A stretch of DNA of 64,000 bases from Fistulifera solaris (Eukaryota), in assembly GCA_030295235.1 (NCBI GenBank), contig AP026125.1, positions 1,116,001 through 1,180,000 of the forward strand. Reading direction: 5' to 3'. The notes beneath the pieces are model-generated. The model had not been told where the DNA came from, searched no databases, and was given only the letters and a program-made list of their open reading frames with translations. Each line of letters opens with the position of its first letter. Positions within the stretch are counted from its first letter, which is position 1. Of this stretch, positions 24,145 to 35,397 are shown one piece after another. A program made the translations under genes and the position numbers.

Positions 24145-24558
24145 ATGAACCACTCTCAATTGATACGAAGTATGGTGCAGGCGCAGGATGAGCCCGTTCG
24201 CCCCGCACCCACTCGCTCGAACAAGAAAGGAAGTCAAGCCACCAAAAGCAACAATAGCGTGACCCGCGAAGATATCTTGCGGTGTCATGTCAAATCGGTT
24301 TTACTAAGGGACCGTGTATTGAGCAATACGAACAAGAATGAACTTTCCTCCTTGTTCCGTTCGGAGAAAAAGGCACAACGGCTACCGATTCGTGACGCCG
24401 CACGGTTGCCAGAACCCACCTTCAATAAAACGAAGCATGAACGAGTTAAAAAGGAAGTGGCGTTACGAAAATTGACAAAGAAATTGCAACAGAAAGCGAA
24501 AGACGAGAAAAAGCAATTGAAAAAGTCAGTGAAAAGGCAGACGCTCTCGAAGCGGTAA
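24145..24558 (+). CDS. Small basic hypothetical protein
   Basis: 137-aa ATG-started ORF with a Lys-rich C-terminus and an EPTFNK motif. Confidence 0.55.
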   Translation: MNHSQLIRSMVQAQDEPVRPAPTRSNKKGSQATKSNNSVTREDILRCHVKSVLLRDRVLSNTNKNELSSLFRSEKKAQRLPIRDAARLPEPTFNKTKHERVKKEVALRKLTKKLQQKAKDEKKQLKKSVKRQTLSKR

Positions 24559-24610
24559 ATTATCGGTTTGCTGATTAAATCATAATTGTGTAATTATTAG
24601 TTAATAAGGT

Positions 24611-26157
24611 TTAGAGATACCGATTGAGGACAGGTAGCTTGCTTAGATGGTATGACAGCGGCCAGAGGATTGCGTTGCTAACAGAAAGTACCACGAAAAA
24701 GCCGATCCACAAGTGCACTGTCCCATCTCCGGGACCCGACAAGTGACTGGAAGACGGAATAAAGATACCAAAGACAACAGGAGCAAACTTGATCGTTTCA
24801 GGATACAGCACATCGTAGACCTTGTAAAACACGGAAGTGCAGATCTGTATCACCAGCGGGTGCAGTAGATACACGGTATAGGCTCCTCCGGCCAAATACG
24901 ACCAGTCTTGGTTCACGTATTCTTGAAAGAATTGCAAATACGCAACAGATATATCGACACATAGCATCCCCGCGGCTAAAAAAGTAGGCGAGGTGTTCGA
25001 CTGGACTCTCTCTGATGAAATGTAGATACATGACCACGACTCCTTCCAAACAAACCATCACACGTAGTTTCCACGGAGCGATATCCATTTGTTCGGTAAT
25101 CGTTCGTTCGTGTGATATCCATCCATATTCACCAGCCACAGTACCAGCGGTGAATAGCACAATGTCGCTGAACAGTGTTCCCGGGGACGCAATCGGCATG
25201 GCATAAAAGTACGAAATGTTCAGCACCCGAGAAACGACGAATTGCGCAAAGCCGCACAGACCCAATCCCCACATCCACCGCTTCCGTGTGCTAAGAAAAG
25301 GAACAGAACTTGTACTTCCGCTCGTATCCTCTTTGTCATTCACAAGGAGTATGTAAATCCATTCAAAGAACAAAAGCCAGTAGATGAACCAAGTGGCGCC
25401 GAGGGACGGGAAATACACCAAATCTGAATTTGCAGTCCACTGGGCGATACAAAAGCAGAGAGGATTCAAAAACACCAACGAAACCCATGCGGGAACCAGC
25501 AGTCGAGTGATACGGCCTTGTATGAAGGCATGACCTCCTTTGCGCTTGTAGCTTGATGCCGTGAAATAGCCGGAAATGAAGAAGAAGAGACACATGAAAT
25601 AGGATTGGTTGAATATCATGAGCTTGCGTATGGCAAACTTGAATGGATTGTCATAATCACCAATGACCATCATCCATGAAAGGTTACCACAGCAACCAAA
25701 CGCATCCGCCGTGTGGTTGAGCACCACCAAAAAAGTGAGAAAGACTTTGAGGTTGTCGAGATAATGCATACGTTTCCGAACAGGTTCTGAATCTTTTTTG
25801 TTGGTTGTTTCCAGTAAATTGGCAGCTGAGCTTTCGATGTCTTCTTCGGTCATGTCCTCTTTGGACACTTTTCGCCTCACAAGGCGCTTTCTTTCCGAAT
25901 AGTCCTTCGCGGACTCATTTTGCAAGCCACCCCATAAGTAAGAAGGGCGCCGTGCGTAGAGTACCGAAACGAAAATCGTGAAAAGGTAGGCGGTAAGAAA
26001 TTTTGCCACGCCTTTATCTTCCAAGAGATATTGCCCGAAGAGTGCACAGACGAAAGCTATGGCCAGATAAGCTTTGAGAGAAATCTTTTGTCGATTCGCG
26101 TTCGTAGCTTGATCATGATATCTATCGACTAATGACAGCTGGCGGCTCTACTTGCAT
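24611..26157 (-). CDS. Acyltransferase-3 (OpgC/OafA-like) multi-pass membrane protein
   Basis: YLDNLKVFLTFLVVLNH, FMCLFFFISGYF, WFIYWLL and YTVYLLHPLV. Two ORFs are joined by removing one base at 24978-24983. The start is uncertain. Confidence 0.85.
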
Positions 26158-26698
26158 GAAAGAATTGTTTCTTGGTAAAGCGTCGCTGTTGCTTGTCGGT
26201 TGCCTGTTGTCGACTATCTACCTGGTAATGATGTTGAGTTGAAATGAAAGGTTACAAGTAGGTTGGTTCGGTTTGGCATTGGCGAGGATAAACAACCAGA
26301 ACTATAACTTGGACGATAAATTCTGCCTCTAGTACAAGCTTCTACGTAAAGTCTACGACGAGGCTGAATTTAAACGCTGTTTCCCGTAATAAGCGAGGAA
26401 AGATGCAATGCTTTGAACGTCTACGCGTATATCACGTAGGAGTCTGGTAGGAAATTTATCGATGTGCGCCGTCGAAGAGTCGAAAGGCCGTCATCGAAAA
26501 TCGAAAAGGCGACGACGTCCACAGCTGCCAACGCGGTGACTGGCCATGGCCATGGATGAGACTCGCGGTCTCGGAAGTGGTCATTATGGAGTACAGTATA
26601 ATGAATGCGTGCAAATGTAACATAAACAGATTTGCTTGTGCGAATAAAGGCGAAGGGAAATGGGAAATACTCTAGTACCAGTAATAATTATAGAAAAA

Positions 26699-27855
26699 GC
26701 TGACGTCGACTATAACGAAGATAGTATGAAAATTATGAGTCACGGTCTCTCATTTTGGTCACGAGTCTGAAAGAGGGTCCAGTCTGTCCATGCGTCCTCA
26801 AAGACATTTTCGATACGCGCTCCGACATGTCGCATTCAAGAAGTACCGCTCCGAGCACGAGACTACTTACTTGAGCTAGACTCTCTTGAAATGTACTTTA
26901 CAAAGCTATTGTAGCAAACCGTGAAGTTTTGCTTCAAAATGCAAGGGGATTGCCCATGATTTTTGCCCATTCTTTTGCATCAACTAGACTACATTCGACC
27001 GCAATGGTCGATTTCGGGACAAATTACTTTTCATTTCATGGCGTTTCTTTGATGAATACTATCACTTATCCTCAATAATATGGTACTACGGCGGGACTGC
27101 TGCGAAAGGCGTTCATTTTTCTATTTTTATTGCTCTATTTGACACTTTTATTGTCAGTACGATCGAGACCCGTGAAAGTGACCAAGATCGCATAAAACAA
27201 AGTCGGTATGCATCATCAAACAAGTTTCATTTTCACCATTCAATGCTTGCGTACTGGTGGCCGTCCTCGGCAATAATGTTTATTTTGGATAGATTAAATA
27301 CCATCCGCAAGAATGGTGCTTTTCGTTTGTGCCTGCCAGAACACCCTCAAGATGGAAGGAGACGCACTATGGTAATCAAAATAATCGACAAGTAAATGGA
27401 TTGGCAAGGCGAGCTTACAACAAACGGGTCGGGTCAACGAAGACGGAAGGATTTGATACGGAGACTCTAGAAGGAGTGGATCGAACACGGGCGAAGCGGG
27501 GTGCAACAGGCATGGTAGCCATGGAGTCCGCTTGGAAGAAAGGTGCAGCAAGTATTTCTCCTGGTAAGGTATTCAAGCCGGTTTGATTTGAAGTGACGGC
27601 ATGACTTTTGGCCCTCCGACATCAAATCAGGCTCACTTTATGTTCGCATTGCTTGGTCTTTATCCAACTTAGAACAAATCCAGTTACCCCTACACCTATA
27701 CCAGGTATCCGACGAACTTGCAATTACCAAGGGTATACCCGATAATGACCTTGGTATGAAACATACGCGGCTGATATATCCGATTGAAAGGACGGAAGTG
27801 TTACGATCCATTGGGTAAATTCGTTGTTTCGAGAGAACACAAGAGACTAATGCCA
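26699..27855 (+). ncRNA. Copy B of an unclassified ~1.15 kb conserved structured non-coding element
   Basis: Collinear with the reverse complement of 5188-6398, and its first ~310 nt with 58168-58484. It has conserved helices with G-U pairs on this strand. Confidence 0.6.
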
Positions 27856-28607
27856 GAACTCAGACGACCTCGATCAATCATTGAGAAAGCACAAAGCTGG
27901 TCGTTTCCAACTGATTTGAGATCTTTAAGCATACACAAACATTCGTTTGCTGCAAAAACTGCCCAGAGCCTCTCCGGCAATACCAACTCTTGTCCAACAT
28001 TGACCGTTTTGTCTACGTCGGACTGTTTTGCGGTTGCCGCATTTTTGGGTTTGCTTGACTCCAATGGTATCTCCACTTTTCAACATGTTAGTTAACAATT
28101 CTGAGATGCTTTTGAATATTGAAACAAAAATTTGTTGTCAGTTGCAATGGTTCGAAACCTACGCTTAGGCCTGGTAAGAAATTCAGCGACGAAGGGGAAT
28201 CAGTATCAACAGCCCTACTTGTAGTGGTAGAATGTTCTACTATTTGCAAGAAACCTTCTGATCATCTATCTAGCGGATCATAATCGACCTCCAATTGACA
28301 CGAAGCACAAGGAAAGGAAACTCGTAACGATTTGGAGGTCAGCTCCATCGACTTTAAAATTGTATAACCTCTAGTTCCTGTTAAAAGTGAAGTTATTAAA
28401 GCGTAAGCGACGGAAATGTTCTTCGATGATGAACGTGACTGTCTGATTGGCAAAGAAATTCTGGTGAGAGCTGGAGTATTTGACCCTGTGTGGCCCTTTG
28501 AAAGCCCATCCACTAGGCACGAGCGTACGCGGGCAGAAGCAATTCCTCAAAAGCTATTGTCGAAGTAGGGATCTAAACAAATGCGTAGCCTAAGGTCTGC
28601 TTTGAAC

Positions 28608-31068
28608 CTAAGCTCGAACGAGCGTACGTATGGCCCTAGCGCCTCGAATTTCAAGCACTTCTACGGCCACCATCTGAGCAACAGACTGAAGCTCTTCTAA
28701 CAAAATTCCCGCCTCGGATTGTATTTCATCTCTCCTCAAAAAGGAAGACACTTCACCCAGTACCTCCATGATTGCCTCAATTCTTCCAACGCCTCCTCCC
28801 GAGCGCTGCGACATCGCGTCATTCAGCGTATCGATCATAATACGCATCTCTTCCATCCGCCTTGCATTTATGGGGCCATTACTGCCAGGAAGGAGGGGGA
28901 ACAGTCCACGAGAAACTTTGAAAAGGTTAGCTTCGCCCATACTGGCAATGCCGTCAATTGTTTCTGCAAGCTCGTGAACCAAGGGCTTTTTGAGAAATAG
29001 ACCAGTCCTGCTTGTCAAAAACTTAGCGAAAAGACGGATGGTCAGCGTCGACGATGATTCACTCTCTGACGAATCGTCTTGCTTCGACGGATTGTATTTT
29101 TTGGATGCCTTTTGTGCTAGTTTAAGAAAGTCGCGCAAGCGCTCCCAGTCGATTTCTTCACCTTTTCCATTAAGCGTTAGCAGGCGAATGAGCAGTTTTT
29201 GCAGAGCCTCCGGTGTCTCTCCCTCTTCGTCAGAAAGGAGCTGGCGCAAAACATATGGATAAGCGCCACGAACTAAGCGAAAATTTTTGTCTACTGACAA
29301 CGCGACACCTTCCAGAATGGTCAAACTTCGGATGATCACTGTCAAAAGGGTGGAGTCGTGAAGCGGACCACGTTTTCGCGACTAATGGCGTCAAGTTCAG
29401 CCTGCAACCGCGAGAAGCTGACATCGGATGCTTTTCCTGTCCCGCCTGTCGCGTTCTTCAGAGCTTTACCTAGACGAGGAACGAGCTGATCGAGTTGGGT
29501 CGTATCTTGTAGAAAGCCGAGCTTTATTGGGTTTCAGAAACGTCAGGGGAGACGCTTTCCTTTTGCACACAAAAGCTGACTGCACATCCGTACACTACTC
29601 ACCTTCAGCAAGTTTTCGGTGACCAGAGAAATATCCTTATTTTGAAGACCAATTACTAGTCCGAAAAGACCATATCTAAATTCTTCATCAATGTCGCTCA
29701 TCATTCCAAAATCTATCAAGGCCAGCTTATTGTCGGGTGTCTTTAATAAGTTTCCTCTGTGGGGGTCTGAGTGAAACAGTCCCGTCGTCATGAGCTGATC
29801 AACAGAACACCTCAACCCAATACTAACCATGTTAAGACCGTCATCTCCCAGCCATGGCCCCTTTTCGCCGTCGATCCATTCCATTACAAGTACACGTTTG
29901 CGAGTTAATGGCGTACACGGAGCTGGGACGCGAATATCCTCCCAGTCCCCGTATAAGTCCCGAAATCGCTCACAGTTGTTGGCTTCTCTAACATAATCTA
30001 GCTCGCCGAATAATTGCATTCCAAAAGCATCCGCAACTTTCGGTAAGTCGCCGCCTCGTACTTTGTCAAGCCACATTGCTGTTCTGCGAAGAAGATACAT
30101 GTCCAGAGAAGCGGATTGTTCGACATCCGGCCTTTGCACCTTGATCGCCACAACTTTACCTCCCCAGCGAGCTGCTTCCTCTTTTCCAATAGCTGCTTCA
30201 AGCTGTGGTCCCCTCCGTATTCTAGCTTTGTACACTTGTCCAATGGAAGCGGATGCAACTGCCTTGTAATCATTGTAAAACTCAAACAACGACAGAATAT
30301 CGTCCGTTTCGACTAGTTTCTTCAGTTGATTGGATCCATATGAAATGGATTTGCTGGTATCCTTCCAGCTCTTCTTTGTTACCTCCAAACGACGTCGAAG
30401 GTCGCCTAATTCGCGGCGCATAATTTTCATCGCCTCAATATCCGAAAAGGCACCCACTGCATCCACCAACTTCCCCAACTCCTCCGCCCAATACACATTC
30501 CGGATAATGTCGGGTCGCAAGCTCAGCGCTTGACCTGATTTTACAAGAGCGACACTTCGAGATTGCACCAAATGATTGCGAAGTTGTTCTCCTCGGCGTT
30601 TTTGTATTCTTACATCGTCCTGTCTTCCCATGCTTTTGTCCATCAAAAGTTGCAAATACCATCCTGTTTCGAAAATCCACGGAAAATGAGGGAGAATGAA
30701 TCAACACGTGTATAACTTCGTTCACTTCATTGCTTACCTAGCAATGGGAATGCCAATGAGTTGAGTCGCCAGCCAACTTGTAGTGGCCGCCGATCGTAAT
30801 GCTCTAATATTGCGTTGGCATCATACCCTACAACTGGCATCGGCTTTGTCTTTTGTCGACTCCTCTTTCGTCGTACGGTCGTAATGTCGGTGTTACTGTT
30901 GCTGCCTTGATGATGATGATGCACATCCCACGTTCTCGAAACAGGTTCCCCATTCTTGGTCATAGAAAGTCTCGTCGTTTGCGAGGACACCGGCAGAATC
31001 GGAGCAAACGAGGTTGCTGCCGGCAAAAAGCAAATGATCTTGAGTATCGATAACATCCTTTGGGGCAT
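28608..31068 (-). CDS. ABC1/UbiB atypical kinase, plastid-targeted
   Basis: Presequence ATS-FAP; ASASIGQVYKA, VAIKVQRP, ELDYVREANN, FHSDPHRGN and IDFGMM; introns at ~30737-30665 and ~29601-29523. Confidence 0.9.
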
Positions 31069-31389
31069 TCGTTTGCTGTATTCTAGCGTGTTTTTCCTCT
31101 TGTTTATGCGACAGCTGTTTGGTGTCAAAGAACTGCCATCTTGTTTTGTATTCACCGAAAAACGAGGAACAAAAGTTCAAAGCAATAGATTTTTTGCTGA
31201 CGGAGGACAGAACATAGTACGTGGTCGGCACTTTGAATGTGACTATTGAAGTACATGCGTGACACAAGTGACTTGGAAGAGTCACGAACTTCCGGTCATC
31301 AGTAGGTGACGTCATGTTTCTCTCCCATTTTTCGCAACGACGCGGTTTTGTTTGTTGGCAATAATAAGATCGACAACTATTATTATGCC

Positions 31390-31905
31390 ATGAACCAGCT
31401 TAAAATCATATTGCTTGCTATTGTATGCTCTCCAAGAATTCTAGGATGGACTCATTCGCAACAGCGGCCTTTCCTGCGCCTTCACAGCACGAGGTTGCGT
31501 GACAAAGCTCATTCTCAAATTGATTTGCAATCTGATACAGAGCGATTTGGGCGTGGAGAGATGCACCTGTCCGCGCTCTTGGAAGAGAAAGATATAGTCG
31601 TCTTTCAATCAGGATCGTGGTCTGTGGATGGAGTCTTGGTAGGGGATGGGCCCGTCAAATATGAATATTGCATGGTGGAGTCCCTGCAAGTTGTTTGGAC
31701 GCACAATTGTGAACACGGAGTTGTTAGAGGCTATTCCGTATTTCCTGGAAAGGATGGTATTTTTCAGGTAGATTCTACCTGGGATCCTATCGAATTTGGA
31801 CCGGAACAGTTGCTTGCACGTCTTCCCGTGAGCTGGGTCAATGAAACGACTTGTAAGCTGTGTGTTCCCTGGAAAGACCTCTCCCAAGAACTTCAGGACT
31901 TGTAA
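31390..31905 (+). CDS. Hypothetical protein with signal peptide
   Basis: MNQLKIILLAIVC N-terminus and a conserved-looking core (WSVDGVLVG, VVWTHNCEHG, EFGPEQLLAR). Confidence 0.65.
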   Translation: MNQLKIILLAIVCSPRILGWTHSQQRPFLRLHSTRLRDKAHSQIDLQSDTERFGRGEMHLSALLEEKDIVVFQSGSWSVDGVLVGDGPVKYEYCMVESLQVVWTHNCEHGVVRGYSVFPGKDGIFQVDSTWDPIEFGPEQLLARLPVSWVNETTCKLCVPWKDLSQELQDL

Positions 31906-32939
31906 ATTACACACAAAAGAGTTATTTGTAAGGGGGGAAGCTTGAAAGGTCCGTTTGCTATGATTTATGCCGAGTTATTCGACCCATTCAGCCTACGTGA
32001 CGAAAATTTACGCATCACTTTGCACTGCAGGTGTTTGATACACGATACTCATATCCGCATACGAGGCCATCAAAATAAAACGAATAGTGCTGTGAAGCAG
32101 GTCACCGGCCTCTTCGTCAAAGTTTCATGATAAGGCGCAGAATCTTGCGATTGACCGAATTTCGGCAATTTACTGATGTCAACAACGGTGACATAACTTG
32201 ATTAATGTTTGCATAGCCAAAAGTACTCAGAATAAGAACGATACCATTCGAAAGGTCATTAGATAGCTTGGTTCAAAATGGTCCAAATCAAGGCATTCCG
32301 ATACTTCGATTCTACTATACATGGTAGCGTGGAAAGAAGCAAGATGGTGATTTCACCATTCATGAAAGAACGATGTATACGCATGGATCTAGGAAGCCAG
32401 GTGGCTTTTAAATCTATTTTAATTAACGGTCGTTGATGGTGTTGAAATGAATCTCCGAATCACTGAAGTAAGCACATGCCCAGATGGTATTATTTTGCCA
32501 CGACTGAAATTCAGTCATGACTCAAAATTCTTTCGGGCGACAGTGCTAGTTGCTACCTACAATGCGTCTGTTCGCCATTTTATTTGAGCTCAGTTTGTCG
32601 TTGTTGCAATCCAATAGTCTTTTATCGGCGTTTGCATTACACGCCTTGATAGTTTACGTCGAAAAGCCGGCGACACGTTGTGAGCCTTATTTTACTATAG
32701 ACCAGAGTGATGGTTTAAGGAGACCACGATTGCATTTCAGTCATGAGTCATGAATCATCGTACTATGTATTACGGAGTACGTAGTACGGAGTATTATTTT
32801 GTCCTATCTAGACTCTAGTCTAGCCAGATTGTCGTCTCACACCTCACCAGCATTTATACCTTATTGCAACTGTCGCCGCTATTTTTGGTTTCACAAATAA
32901 TTTTACTAGGATTATTAGTAAGTATCACAGTAAATCATT

Positions 32940-33150
32940 TTCCGTGAAATGTGGTATTTTACGTATCCAGAAAATCTGGGGTGTGCTATTTTGACTTATC
33001 CAGAAAATCTGGGACCTCTTCAGAAAATCTGGACGGGTTTGCGTGCGGTGTTCGATCACGAGGTGAAGTCTTTATTATTTACTCTTCACGTAGACTACTC
33101 AGAAAATATTGAAAAGTGGTATTTTCAAGCGTCCGGAAAATCTGGCTATG
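32940..33150. repeat. Short degenerate array of TCCAGAAAATCTGG units
   Basis: The motif occurs at ~32967, 33000, 33020, 33099 and 33132. Confidence 0.65.
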
Positions 33151-33286
33151 TGGTGTCTTCAACCAGACCTTCCGGGCCGCAAGCCGCAAGGATTTTTTTT
33201 TATTATGAACCTTCTGTGCGGTAGACATAAGAAAACACTTCACAACATTTGCTTCTGCTAATTTACTTGTGAAAGCAGTTCTTGTC

Positions 33287-34099
33287 ATGAAAGGAGCGGC
33301 TGCAGTCTTTCTACAACCGCTGTGGGCTTTAACGATGATGACGCAACCATTGATATGCTCGGCGTGGCAGGCCGAAGGCCGTTATTCTTTCTCTCTCACC
33401 ACATTCGATCCGACCGGCAAGCTTGGTCAAGTCGAACGCGCCATGGAGGCAGCTCCACAGGGAATACCCATCGTTGGTCTCATTGTCAGCAATTCTACAA
33501 TTGTCATGGCCGCTCCCCAAATTTTGCCTTCTCCCTTAATGCAAGACGACGGCACCCGTCGGTTTTCGCAATTAACAAACGAAATTTGCATCGCTCACTC
33601 GGGTATTGCGGCAGATGGGCGAGTATTAGTCGCCGAAGCTCATCGAATAGTCGTAGAGTATCAATACACATTTGACGAACCAGCACCTCTCCCCTATCTG
33701 TTGGAGGAGTTGGCTCAAATTTTTCAGCAATACACAATGAAACCGGGAGCCAGGCCATTCGGAACGTCTCTGCTGATTGGATTTAATCCCCTTGATCGTT
33801 CTTCTGGCGAAGTGCCGTGTTTCTATCGGATTGACCCTTCTGGGGCCGTGACGACGCTTGGAGAATATGCCGTGATACATGGCGAATTAGCTACAACGGA
33901 TGTGCGCGAGAGGCTACAAGAAATTGCTACTGAACAAGAAGTGGAGCAACAGATAGCAGAGGTGTTACGCTCCACTCTAATGGATCAAGCTTTAAGAAAA
34001 AGACAAAGCGTAGATGTTACCATGTCAAAGAGCCTGACGATTTTGACCGCAAAAGCTTTCGAAGGACGTTTTTCAGTGCACCGCCATTTTAACAACTAA
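33287..34099 (+). CDS. Divergent 20S proteasome alpha subunit (alpha-2-like) with N-terminal signal-like extension
   Basis: YSFSLTTFDPTGKLGQVERA, SGIAADGRVLV, QQYTMKPGARPFGTSLLIG and YRIDPSG, preceded by ~30 hydrophobic residues. Confidence 0.85.
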   Translation: MKGAAAVFLQPLWALTMMTQPLICSAWQAEGRYSFSLTTFDPTGKLGQVERAMEAAPQGIPIVGLIVSNSTIVMAAPQILPSPLMQDDGTRRFSQLTNEICIAHSGIAADGRVLVAEAHRIVVEYQYTFDEPAPLPYLLEELAQIFQQYTMKPGARPFGTSLLIGFNPLDRSSGEVPCFYRIDPSGAVTTLGEYAVIHGELATTDVRERLQEIATEQEVEQQIAEVLRSTLMDQALRKRQSVDVTMSKSLTILTAKAFEGRFSVHRHFNN

Positions 34100-34399
34100 A
34101 TACTCTGGTGACTGATGATGGAATATTGACGTCTGTTGGGAATCGCGCTGATAATATCATGCGACTTGCGGCTGGCTTGCCATGCGGCCGCGCAGCGAAT
34201 GTGTTTAGGCACGTCGCATCGAATTGTCGATTGTCGCCGCATACATTTCCGTGCTTTGAGGAAAGTTAAGCACCATTGACCTCCTATTCATTATAGAAGA
34301 TTTCCTTGTTAAACAGATAATTATTACGGATTAAAAGTACAAGATTATTTTTTGTCGACCTTAACTTTTTATCTCGTAACCTTTAGCGTAAGAGAGCTA

Positions 34400-35265
34400 C
34401 GACGCGTAAACGTTCCAATTTCTGGAGACAGGGTTGTGGATCCTACCGAAATGCTTTGCATGTTCCCGAAGTTCTGGACACGGTGTTCTCGTTCATAACG
34501 AAAGAAAGTGCAGATTCTCGAAATTCTGGAATTGCAATTTTCTGGTAATACAGAAATTCTGTGGTGGTCCAGAAATTCTGGACCAGTTTTTTCATCCAAC
34601 CAAAATGCTGTAAACGTTCCTGAAACTCTGGACACGGTGTTTTGGGATTATAACGTTATGTTGTGCGCGTTTCAGAACTTCCGGACACGGTGTTTTGGAT
34701 CATAACGAAAGAAAGTGCAGATTCTCGAAATTCTGGAATTGCAATTTTCTGGTAATACAGAAATTCTGTGGTGGTCCAGAAATTCTGGACCAGTTTTTTC
34801 ATCCAACCAAAATGCTGTAAACGTTCCTGAAACTCTGGACACGGTGTTTTGGGATTATAACGTTATGTTGTGCGCGTTTCAGAACTTCCGGACACGGTGT
34901 TTTGGATCATAACGAAAGAAAGTGCAGATTCTCGAAATTCTGGAATTGCAATTTTCTGGTAATACAGAAATTCTGTGGTGGTCCAGAAATTCTGGACCAG
35001 CTTTTTTCATCCAACCAAAATGCTGTAAACGTTCCTGAAACTCTGGACACGGTGTTTTTGAATCCTACCGAAATGTTGTGCGCGTTCCAGAACTTCTGGA
35101 CATGGTGTTTTGGATCATAACGAACGAAAGTGCGCTTTCCAGAAATTCTGGAATTGCAATTTTCTGATCATACAGAAATTCTGTGGTGGTCCAGAAATTC
35201 TGGACCAATTTTTGACCCCATACTGAAATTCTGTGGTGTTCCAGAAATTCTGGACCCGTTTTTTC
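34400..35265. repeat. Tandem satellite, 207-bp unit, ~4 copies, rich in CCAGAAATTCTGG palindromes
   Basis: Units start at 34508, 34715 and 34922; the first two are apparently identical. A degenerate unit follows at ~35130. Confidence 0.95.
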
Positions 35266-35397
35266 GGTCCTATACCGCCGTCTTGCGACGACATGATGAT
35301 GAAAAATAGCAATCACAACAACAATAACAACAAAAACAACAACAAACCCTTCTGTGTGATCACTAAAGCATGGTGAGGAGCGTCTGAATAGATCATT

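Noticed and set aside
26860..26930. U1 or U3 snRNA-like start (GACTACTTAC, CCGTGAAG)
   Set aside because: ACTTACCTG, the Sm site and boxes C/D are absent or not conserved across the three copies.
27329..27586. Small protein family sharing RAYNKRVGS (also ORF 5585-5770), and the GHES..YRSEH peptides in ORFs 6182-6535 and 58299-58601
   Set aside because: The peptide identity merely reflects identical nucleotide blocks. Starts, stops and frames are not conserved between copies.
27555..27590. Twister/HDV/hammerhead ribozyme cores within the element
   Set aside because: There is only superficial word similarity (CAAGCCGG, TCCTCG). I could not build the required pseudoknots or a CUGANGA/GAAA core by eye.
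34110..34152. Box C/D snoRNA (TGATGA...CTGA)
   Set aside because: Only ~40 nt long, with no terminal stem or recognisable guide.
34508..35316. Short repeated ORFs inside the satellites (also 20607-21067)
   Set aside because: They are by-products of tandem repeats, with no coding signature.
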